From the NCBI RefSeq assembly GCF_009914755.1, contig NC_060927.1: a DNA stretch of 64,000 nt; one strand, written 5' to 3'. Source of the DNA: the human T2T-CHM13v2.0 reference genome, Homo sapiens. Below the pieces are notes generated by a model. That model saw only the letters and a list, made by a program, of their open reading frames with translations, had not been told where the DNA came from and ran no database searches. The number at the start of each line of letters is the position of its first letter. Position 1 is the first letter of the stretch. The position numbers and the translations under genes are program-made. Shown here piece by piece: positions 52,881 to 64,000 of the stretch.

Positions 52881-54059
52881 TTAACACCACTCATTTCTAG
52901 GCTCTAGCCCAGATCATGAGATCAGCATCTCTGGAGGGAGGGCTCTAGGACATTTAAAATGAGCATTCCATGTGATTTTGGTGCACACAGAGGGTTAACC
53001 TGCCCTGCCTCACTCCGCCCCATGGGGAGTAGGAGCTACTGTTCTACAGCCTTACAGCCAAATGTTCAATAAATGCTGGAAGCAGCAGTGATCTGACCCC
53101 TTGTGGAACACAAGAGACTCCTGGTCTTGCTAGTAATAAGGCAAGGTCTGGAGTGGCAAAGTAAGCTTGAAGATGATTTAGCCTAAACCCTCATTTTCAT
53201 AAATAATGAAGCAGGCCCCCAAAGTGATTTCGTAACTCATGTGCTAATACTTCAAAAATGAAGGCATAGGATTCCCCTATAGCCTTGTTATTCAGTGCAG
53301 TCCAAGGACCAAGAGAATCTGTATCACTGGGAAGCAAGTGTGTCAGATATGCAGAATCCCAGTCCTATTCCAGAATTACTGCTCCAGAAACATTGGTCAA
53401 GACCCCTGGTTCTCAGACTCACTGCACAGTGGAATTATTTGGAAAGCTTTACAAAGTACTGGTATCTCAGTCTCATCCCTGGAGATGCTGATTCATTCAA
53501 TCGAATGTAAGAATCGTACTACACGTATATTTATACAGAAATATGAATACATATATATGCTATCTCATCTCTGGCATTACACGTTTTATTTAATAAAGGA
53601 AGAGATGAAACAAGAAGGTTAAATTTAAAAAAGAGAGAAAAGCAAAAGACCTAACACCTGCCATCCAGCCACCCAACCACAACATCACTTTTCATTGAGT
53701 AATATGAATTTTAAATACTAAAAGCATATTTTTCCCCTGTTGACTTTGCTCACGCTGGTATTCATTTTCAGATCTACCAAAGTGGATGACTACATTTAGC
53801 CTTGTGTTTTTTTTCTTGTTTTCCCCAATTAGATTGCTGCTAAGGATTTTTCCCTTTATAAGCATCTTTTATAAAGAGAATGAATAATTGTCTCTTGAAC
53901 TCATCCCATTATCTGTCTGGCACTTCAGCTCGCTCTTCTGTGACCCAGAGATAACTTCTAGCCTATCTTATTTGTGAGGAAAGTATATGAGATAATAAAG
54001 ATGAAGACACTTAAAAAGGATAAAGGAGCTTAAGACCAGTTGAAAAGAGGAAATCTTAA

Positions 54060-54265
54060 TATCATTTTGTTTGTTGAGGACTAATGCACCAGGCATTGGG
54101 TAGTTTAAATATTTTGCGTCGTATGTTCACACTAACCCTGCAAAGTATTACTAAGCTTGTTTTATAAATGGCAAAACTGAGGCTCGGAGAGATGCAGAAA
54201 CAAACTCAAGGTCACACTGCCAGTAACTGAGAAAGCCAGTTTTCAAACCTAGATTTCCCTAACCC
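54060..54265 (-). mobile_element. MIR
   Basis: ttttataaatggcaaaactgaggctcggagag...caaggtcacactgccagtaa. Confidence 0.7.
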
Positions 54266-54749
54266 TGACGTCACTTCTTTGAGCAGCCATTCAAAGGCAT
54301 GCATATGATATTATAGACTTTGTTATTAATTATATATAATATATTATTATTTAGATATTATAGAAAGTGCAATGTCAAAGGAAAGGAATAGACAAAGGGC
54401 TATAGAATTAGAAGGGAAGGAAAATATGTTGTAAGTTGAAGTAGCTCACACTTCAGTGAGTGTGTAAATTATTTGGCAGATAAATTCCAAATCAGAGTGG
54501 TAGCCCTCTCTGACTGGCTCTACTAATTTAAAATAGAATCATTTAAAGAAATTATTAGATATTCACCAAAATTTTACAGTGAACATTTAATTTATAAACT
54601 ATATTTATCTGTCTAGACATATACTTCTGAGAGGTACTGAAAATGGGCTTGTCTTAAGTTGAATATGTGTATGTCTGTATGGTGAAAGTTGACAAAAGCA
54701 AGACCTTCAGAGGAGAGGACATATCCCAACTCTCCCATTCCCTTCGCCA

Positions 54750-54814
54750 ACTTCTCTCTCTCTTTCTCTCTCTTGCTCTCTCTTTCCTCCTTCCCCTCTC
54801 CCTCTCGCTCTCTC
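54750..54814. repeat. Imperfect (CT)n polypyrimidine tract
   Basis: cttctctctctctttctctctcttgctctctctttcctccttcccctctccctctcgctctctct. Confidence 0.85.
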
Positions 54815-54889
54815 TGAGATATTTCAAAATGAGACAAGACAGGAAAACTTTTCTTAAGAGGCACTAGAATTAGGCTTATATTCTCAAAT

Positions 54890-55066
54890 TTACTGGTTAT
54901 CCATTTTGTCTACATGTTGGAGCCACCTGGACAGCTTTAAAAATAACCATGTTTGGGTCCTGCCCCCAGAGATTTCTGATGTAATTGGTCTGTAGCAAAG
55001 CTTGGAGTTGGGGATTTTTGAAAGATCTGGTGATGCTAATAGGCAATAGTGTTGGAGAATCACCAG
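54890..55066 (+). mobile_element. MER5A1-like hAT relic
   Basis: tacatgttggagccacctggacagctttaaaaataaccatgtttgggtcc...cagagatttctgatgtaattggtctg. Confidence 0.75.
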
Positions 55067-55668
55067 CCTAACCACAAAGAAGCTGAAGCCTTGTGACTAA
55101 ATTGCTTTAAAAAGTATGTAATAAAATTATACATGGTCAAAAGTACATCCGTCTAGCCAAAACTATAAGTAGAAATAGCCATTACTTTTGAGTATGACTT
55201 TAGATAGCTATAGATGTTCTGGATATACTCACAGCATGCCTTAACACAGTATTTAATTAATATTTGCTGAATATGTAGTGATTGAGTGGTGGATAAATAA
55301 ACGAATGAAAAATAAATGTGTAAAGTTGAGCAACTATACTAGGAAAGGTGCATTCTTTTCAGTTTTTTTTTTAATTGTTTGTTTATTTCTTTCTTTGCAT
55401 ATAGGCAAAATTAGAAAAATCCTGGATTTGAAGTCAAGAGACTTATATTTGAATATCCACTCTGGAAAAGTCAGATAAGTTCTCTTCTCTCTGACATTCA
55501 GTTTTTTATTTGTTAAAAGAGGGAAACAATTCTAGGGCTTTCATGATAACAAACAAGATTATTGTCTGAAAAAAAAACTTTGTAAATAGTAAAGTGATGT
55601 AGAAATGCAGGGGAATATTTTTATTTTTATGATACAATCAAGAAAAACCCAGTAAGTATAACTTTGAC

Positions 55669-55844
55669 TAGTGGTTCTTAGACTTTAGAATGGATTAGAA
55701 TCCCCTGGAAAGCTGGTAAACATGCAGATTCCTGTCCTCTCCTCCAAAGATCTTGAGCCAATACTTGAGATGTGGGCTAAAGTCCATAAACCCAAAGGTG
55801 ATGCTGATGCTGCTGATCCACAGACTGTACTCTATGTAGCACTG
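55669..55844 (+). mobile_element. MER5A hAT MITE
   Basis: tagtggttcttagact...agaatcccctggaaagctgg...aggtgatgctgatgctgctgatcca...gtagcactg; 8-bp TSD actttgac / acttagac. Confidence 0.85.
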
Positions 55845-56412
55845 ACTTAGACAAAGTTATGGGGTGATGTTTAACCAATAAAAATATGTTTTTCCGCCTT
55901 TTTCTTTCTCCTAAGGCATCTCAACTCCTCCTTTAATTTCCCTTACCCTAACCTCAGAACCTGCTTTCTAGAAACAAAACAAAACAATATCATTCACTAA
56001 TATTTGTGAGGAAATTGATATCTGTATACTATTTCATCTTAGAATATTAACATTTTAAGACAAAGTATGGAATAGAAACTTGCTCATTTCCTTAAAAAAG
56101 TAACAGGTTTTAACCAGTAAGAAGACATGTTATTTTATCATGGAGGGTGGTGGGAGAGAAGGTAAAACGTTAGGCTAATGTTTGAGAACAGAACAAAGAT
56201 GGAAAGGGATGGGGGTGGAGTAAGATGTCTACAGGGAGGTGGAGTTATTACTTCAAAGTTTTGACTAGTGTAAGCCCTGAACTAACATAGTAATTCTGGC
56301 TTTCACTTGAGTACTCTTTTTGTATTTCTCTGAAGTGAAAGTAAATGAGAGAGTTTGGAGGCAAAATGTATATGATGGAACCCAAGTTTCAGCATAATGT
56401 TATATTATAACA

Positions 56413-56497
56413 TCCTCCTCCTCCTCCTCCTCCTCTTTCTCCTCCTCCTCCTCCTCCTCTTTCTCTTCCTCCTCCTCCTCCTCCTTCTTATTCTTCT
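56413..56497. repeat. (TCC)n microsatellite / polypyrimidine tract
   Basis: tcctcctcc... interrupted twice by tctttc. Confidence 0.92.
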
Positions 56498-59400
56498 TTG
56501 CTCCAGGCAATTAAGAAAATCTGTATTAAACCACTAGTTGAAATTTCTGTCAGACAACAAAGCTAAAGGAACAGAGCCTTCAGAGACTACTTATAACAAA
56601 GAATACAGTTGTTACAAAAATAGTTTAGAAAGGCCACTAAACAAACAACTGCAACCCATAGGAAGCAATAACCAAAAACCCCAGGGAGGGAGATATTTAA
56701 TTTTCAGAGTTGTCATGATACTCAAAATTGCCAGTTTTCAAAAAAAAGTTGAGACATGTAAAGAAACAATAAACTATGACCCACTCAAAGGTAAAAAAGT
56801 AAATTTATAGAAATGCTAATGAGAAAGCATAGATATTAGACTTAATAGTCAAATACTTTAAACCAACTTCCTTTAGTATGATAAAAAAGCTAAAGGAAAC
56901 CAAAGTAAAAGAACTAAAGCAAACCAAGACAATAAAGTCTCACCAAATAGAGAATGTCAACAAAGAGGATGGAAAATATAAAGAGGACCCAAATAGAAAT
57001 TTTAAAACTAAAAAGTACAAGAAATAAAATGAAAAATTTATTAGAGGGATTCAACAACAGACTTTTTAGCAGAAAGAAAGAATACCTACATTTGAAGATT
57101 AGTAAAATGAAATTATCCAGTCTGCATAGCAAAAAGAAAAAACAATAAAACAACAGTGACAAACAACAATTTAAAAATAAGCAGAGCCTAAGGAACCTGT
57201 GAGACAACTTCAAGTGTACCAACAGATGTGTAATAGGAATCCCAGAGAAAGAAGAGGGGTTGAAGGGGTTGAAAGAATATTTGAAGAAGTTATGCTCAAA
57301 AACTTCCCAAATTTGATAAAATACATGAATCTATACATCCAGGAAGCTAAACAGATGCCAAGCAGAATAATTACAAACAGAACTGCAATGAGACACATAA
57401 CAATAAAATTGCTGAAATATAAAGAGGGAGTCTTGAAAGCAGCAAGAGAGAAGTGATTCATTATGTACAAGTGATCCTCAATCAAATTAAAATTCGTCAT
57501 CCAAAACCATGAAGCCAAAGCAGCAGTGGGATGAACATATTTAAAGTACTCAAAGAAAAAAAAATTGCCAACCAAGAATTTTATATTTGTCAAAATTATT
57601 GTTCAAAAATGAAGAAGAAATTAAGGCACTCCCAGGTAAAGTTGAGGGAGTTATTTGCTAGTAGACATGTCCTACACAGGAAGTGCTAAAGGGAATCCTT
57701 CAGGATAAAATGAAAGAACACCAGCCAGTACCTTAAAGCCATATGAAGAAATAAAGAACAATGGTAAAGGTAACTACATAGGTAGATATAAAAGCCAGTA
57801 TTACAGTATTTTTAGTTTGTAAAAATACTATATGACTCTTTTTTAACTATATTGCTTAAAAGACAAATGCATAAAACAATAATTTTAGATTTATGTTAAT
57901 GGGCATACATCAGTACAGATATAATTTGTGACAATAATGATATAAATGGAGACCAATGGGAAAGTATAGAAATATAATTTATAGATGATTGACACATAGT
58001 TTGTATTAGTTCAAACTAGATTGTTAAAAGTACAATATATTGATTTTAATTTCCAAGTAATTACTAATGTAATAACTAAAAAATATGGAAAAGGAGATGA
58101 GAAGGGAATCAAAATGGTACACTAGAAAAAAATCAGTTAAACACAAAATAAGATACTAATGGAGGAATTGAGGAAGAAAAAAGATATAAGACATATAGAA
58201 AACAAATAGCAAAGTGGCAGAAGTCCCTTCTTGTCAATAATTACTTTGAATGTAAGAAGATTCAGCTCTCCAATTAAGTACCAGAGTCAGCAGAGTGGAT
58301 TTTTAAAATCATGCATCTATTTGCTGTCTAAAAGAGATTCACTTTGGCTTTGAAGACACAAAGAAGTTGAAAGTAAAAAGATGGAAAATATATTTATTGC
58401 ACACAGCAACCAAAAGAGAGCTAGGGTGGGCTAAACTAGTATCAGATAAAATAGAGTTTAAAGCAAAAGTTGTCACAACAGACAAAGAAGGACATGATAT
58501 ATTGATGACAGAGTCAATCAAGAAAACATAATAATTATAAATATATATGCACCCACTGAGAGAAACTCAAAACATATGAAGCAGAAATTAACAAAAATGG
58601 AGGAAGAAATAAAGAGTTGTATAACAATAGTTGCAGATGTCAATACCCCACTTTCAATAAAGGATAGAACAACTAGACAAAAGATCAATAATGAAATAGA
58701 GTACTTGAACGATACTGTAAACGAATTAGATCTAACCATCATATACAGAACACCCTACCAAACAACAGCAAAATATACATTCTTCTCAAGTGTATATGGA
58801 ACATTTTCCAGAATAGACCATATCCAGGATAGCGACAAAGCAAGTCTTAGTAAATGTTAAAAGATTGAAATTATTAAAGTACTTTCTCTGATCACAATGA
58901 AATGATGCTAGAAATCAACAGTAGAAGAAAACTGAAAAGTTCACAAATCTGTGGAAATTAAGCAACACACTGTTAAACAACTAATGGCTCAAAGAAGAAA
59001 TCACAAGAGAAGTTAGAAAAATTTTGAGGTAAATGAAAATACGAGCACAACATATCAACACTTATAAGATGCGGCTAAAGCAGTGCTCAGAGGGAAATGT
59101 ATAAGTGTAAATATCTACATTAAAAAAGAAGAATAATTCCAAATCAATTCCCTAACTTTATACTTTTAGGAACTAGAAAAAGAAAAGCAAACTAAACCTA
59201 GAGCTAGGAAAAAGAATAACATATTAAATATAAGAGTGAAAATAAATAAAACTACAAAATAATAAAAAAATTAAACCAGAAGTTGATTTTTTAGAAACGA
59301 TTAACAAGATTGACAAACCTTTAGCTAAAATTTAAGTAAGAAAAGAAGAGAGAAGACTCAAATTGCTAAAATCAGAAATGAAAATGGGGACATTACTACC

Positions 59401-60560
59401 AACCTTACAGAAATAAAAATGATTAAAACAGAATAATATGTACCGTTGTACAACAACAAATTAGATAACCTAGATGAGACAGACATTCTTAGAAACACGC
59501 AAACCACCAAAACTGAAGAAATAGGGAATGTAATAGACCTATACAAGTGAAGGGATTGAATCAGTACATTGCTGGTGGGAATGTAAAATGATCCAGCCTC
59601 TGTGGAAAACAGTTTGGTGGTTCTTCAACAAGGTAAACATAGAATTACAATATGACCCAGAAATTACACTCTTAGGTATATAGACCAAAGAATTGAAAAG
59701 AATTGTTTAAATAAAAACTTGTACCCAAATGTGTATAGTGTCACTATTCACAGTAGTCAAAAGGTGGTGTGTTAGTTCATTTTCAGGCTGCTGATAAAGA
59801 CATACCCGAGACTGGGAAGGAAAAGATGTTTAATTGGACTTACAGTTCCACATGGCTGGGGAGACCTCGGAATCATGTCGTGAGGTGAAAGGCACTTTTT
59901 ACATGTCAGCAGCAAGAGAAAATGAGGAAGAAGCAAAAGCGGAAACCCCTGTTAAACCCATCAGCTCTTGTGAGACTTATTCAGTATCATGATAATAGCA
60001 TGGGAATGACTGGCCCCCATGATTCAATTACCTCCCCCTGGGTCCCTCCCACAACACGTGGGAATTCTGGGAGATACAATTCGAGTTGAGATTTGGGTGG
60101 GGACACAGCCAAACCCTATCAGGTGGAAACAAGGCAAATGTCCACCAACAGATGAAGAGATGAACAAAATGGGTTATAGCTACACAATTAACTATCATTG
60201 AGCCATAAAAAGAAATGAAATAATGATTCATGCTACAATGTGAATGAACCTTGAAAACATTATGGAAGCTAGACACAAAAGGTCATATATTGTATGATTC
60301 TATTTATATGAAATATCTGGAATAGGTAAATTTATAGAGACAGAAAGCATAATTGTGGTTGACAGAGTCTGAGAGGAGGGGAGAATGAGGAATGGCTACT
60401 TAATGAGTATGGCATTTCTATGGGAGTGATAAAAAAGTTCTGGAACTGGATAGTTGTGATGGTTGTAAAATATTGTGAATATACTTAATGCTATTGAAGT
60501 GTACACTTTAAAATGGTTAAAATTGTAATTCTATATTGTCTGTATTTTGCCACCAAAAAA
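56497..60560 (+). mobile_element. Decayed L1MB/L1M4-type element: 5' region, ORF1, ORF2 endonuclease, large internal deletion, 3'UTR
   Basis: ORF1 remnants (IFEEVMLKNFPNL..NLYIQEA..RHITIKLLK); EN domain (IVADVNTPLS..YTFFSSVYGTFSRIDH); jump at about 59565 to cattgctggtgggaatgtaaaatg; L1MB-type 3'UTR to about 60560. Confidence 0.9.
59768..60121 (-). mobile_element. THE1C solo LTR in the L1 3' region
   Basis: tgtgttagttcattttcaggctgctgataaagacatacc...ggaattctgggagatacaattcgagttgagatttgggtggggacacagccaaaccctatca; perfect 5-bp TSD ggtgg. Confidence 0.93.
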
Positions 60561-61974
60561 GGGAAACATGAAAAGGCATGTTGAGAAAAGTGCTTTAGTC
60601 CTATACCTGTATCTACTACTGGGTCCCCTACTCCACCCTGACTTTTGGAGGTAACCATTTAGGAGTTTATTGGTTTTTTTTCCTGATATATATTTATGAA
60701 ATATAACAAATACAGATATATATTCCTCTATTTTCCTCTATATAGCTCTCTATTTTTCCCCTAAAATCTACCGTGCTATGTATACTAATCAGTGCTTCCT
60801 TTTTCCAATTAGCTATATATTCTGGAGATACTCCCACATCAACATAGAGAGAAGGTTCTTCTCTTTTAGAACTGCAAATCCTCTACTGTGAAAACATCCA
60901 TTCCTCTGGAGACTCACTGAGTATTGTTCAGCCTCTTGAAAACAATTATTACCCTTTTGAAAAGTTTAAGACCTTTCTCCCTTTATTTCCAATCTCAGTG
61001 ACCAGTTCTGCCTTCCATTAAAAGCTTGAAATATCCAAATGATCCCAAAAGCAAACTCCTTACTAGGATTCAAATACAAGATAATGAACTTCCTTGTGAT
61101 CTTGTCTATACATCTACCACGGTCTTCACACTGCTCACTGCAGGAATATTTGGGGTTGGTGATAACAATTGAGAGCTCAAACCATGTGAGATTCTGCAAT
61201 GTATAAACCCTAACCATTGCCATTTTAGCATTTTCTCCATATCTGAAGATAAGTGGGGGAAAAAAAAAGAAAGAAATAGATCATTTGCTCCTGCATGCTT
61301 CAGAATTTCCTATTGGCACCTCCCAACCCAAACTTTGATTCTGATTCTTGAAAGTATTACAGTAAGATGGGTCAACTTTCAGAGGACCGTAAGGGTTTCA
61401 AATAGCTTCTCTCTTGCATCAAAGGAAATCAGCACTCTCACAGGTGCTTCAGTAATCTCAATCAGAAAAGAAAGTGATTAGTAACTTGCTGAAATAAACC
61501 TAATCGGGCTCTGGATTTCAGCAACCATGAAAGATTATTTTCTTCACACATATGTTTAACATAATGAGTGAAGAGATGAAAAGAAAATGAGTTTGCATGA
61601 AGTACTATGGTTTGTCTTGATTACAATTCAGCAAAGATTCCTTGCTGTAGATTCTTTCCAACTACAAGTTAAATTTCTAGTAACTTGGCATGGCTGCCTC
61701 TTGGGTGAAAACAAAGGCAGTTCTCATGTTGGCATGAAAGAGCCCATCCCTCAGCTGCCTGTCTCAATCCTAGTAGTCCTTCAAGAGCAGGACAGACTGT
61801 ATGTTCTCATAGCCCTTCTGGTGATGCCATCTCACAATGACTTTCTTCTTCACTCTGCATCACTGACACTCAGGGGCATCCACAGTGTCTCGAACATAGT
61901 AGGCACTCATTAAATATGTATTGACTATTGAATGAAGGTTATTACATTCTGCATTTTAATTCTATGTAGTCTCT

Positions 61975-62717
<743 letters not shown>

Positions 62718-63519
62718 TCATCTGATTTATACCTCAAAGGCTGAAATGCAGTTATGTTGAGAGCTTAGGATATGCTTCTATTGCATTCCACCTACCTCAA
62801 TTATTTCTGACCCAGGTTCCTTATTTGTTCTGAAGATACCTCTTGTATTTTAAAGCCCCAGTCTGCTTTTATTCTTGATGCAGGCTGGTTTTCTTTTTCT
62901 GGGCTATCCAGCAATATGCCTCACCTGGTCTGCAGCTCCAGTGCTCAACTTGTAGCTGGTTACTTGAATGGTATAAGATTTTGTAGCTACCTTCTATGCC
63001 ATGGTTATTATGTACAGTTGTGAATGGTAACCCTAGAGTGATGCAGTGTAAATAGAGAACCCACTTGCGACCATCATTCATCTATTCATTATTATCCCAT
63101 CATCATTACTTACCCCTTCAGCCATCTCTGGGAAATCTATATTCAAAACTCCTTTCATTTAAGGAGACCAAAGTGAGGTGAGATCACCTAAAGTTGCAAA
63201 TACCTGAGATCAAGTTTAAAGTAAATGACCCTCAGTCATGAACTCCTTAGTGAGAGTAGGGATGGTGGCTTTTCTCTGAAGGCAGATCTTGGTAAGACTT
63301 AGATGGCCGATGTCATTCATGACAGGGTTTCAGAGTACTCATCAGAAGACAAAAATTTATGAAAATGCACTTCACAAATTTCTCTACAGTTATCCTGATC
63401 CTACTCTGCTCTTAGCACTTAGGATAAATTTTGATCATATCTCTCTAACAGGGTTACTTGAAATCCAAATCTCTCTTTAAGCTCACAGTCTCCTTCTCTT
63501 TCTACAGCTGACTTTGGCC

Positions 63520-63620
63520 TCAATTATGCATTCAGCAAATACTTGTGTGTTGCCTGCTATGCATCAGGCACTGGTCTAGACACTGGTCATTTTCCTGTTG
63601 GTTCTTACAGTCTAGTCTCC
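63520..63620 (-). mobile_element. L2 tail fragment
   Basis: gcattcagcaaatacttgtgtgttgcctgctatgcatcaggcactggtctagacactgg. Confidence 0.65.
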
Positions 63621-64000
63621 CATTCAAGATGACAGGCCCTGCCCCTCTTCTAGTACCTTTGAAATTCCAAAGACATTTATTATCTCAGGGCTAAGACAGA
63701 AATAAATCTGGTTCATTCAATAAGATTTAGGTCACGGGATGATAGAACATTGTCAAGTGGTGCACACTGAAGGCGTTATACAATAGACACTATCCCTAGT
63801 GCATGCAATGAGTATGGTTGCCTTAAGGAGAAATTAAAGGGCTAGTAATAGGACAATGCTATTAATAGAGGTAAATAAAGAAAAAAGAGATGTCTCTAAA
63901 AGAATTCTGTAAACTTTATGCTTCCTTTTAACAACAAGTTCATTAGGTGAAAATTAACTTTGGCTGTAAGTTTACGTATGTGTTCTTTTGCCTAGGAGTC

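Overview
Primate genomic DNA (AluY, THE1 and MER41 present, so simian/catarrhine and probably human). It is AT-rich, has no CpG island and no recognisable protein-coding exon, so it is intergenic or deep intronic. Most of the window is a layered record of transposable elements: three large decayed L1s (about 18.2-23.1 kb on +, 27.3-34.1 kb on -, 56.5-60.6 kb on +), about 16 Alu/FLAM/FRAM copies, many LTRs (MLT2, LTR16, MLT1, THE1C/D, MER21, MER41B, MER39-like), DNA-transposon MITEs (MER2, MER20, MER44, MER5, MER53, MER107-like) and L2/MIR relics. Nearly all long ORFs in the supplied track are L1/Alu fragments or artefacts of an AT-rich minisatellite. I found no evidence of a new multi-gene system. 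The observations most worth follow-up are: a 35-nt tailless U2 snRNA retrocopy with TSDs; a MER41B LTR with one intact GAS site and a perfect CArG box; an ~800-bp AT-rich VNTR with an internal polarity flip; a perfect 42-bp palindrome inside an L1; a template-switch repair scar in THE1-int; a deletion that fused a THE1D provirus to L1 ORF1; and an ancient ~6.9-kb L1MA that keeps a perfect 13-bp TSD. Family and subfamily names come from my recall of consensus sequences and should be confirmed with RepeatMasker/Dfam. Boundaries without TSD support are approximate.
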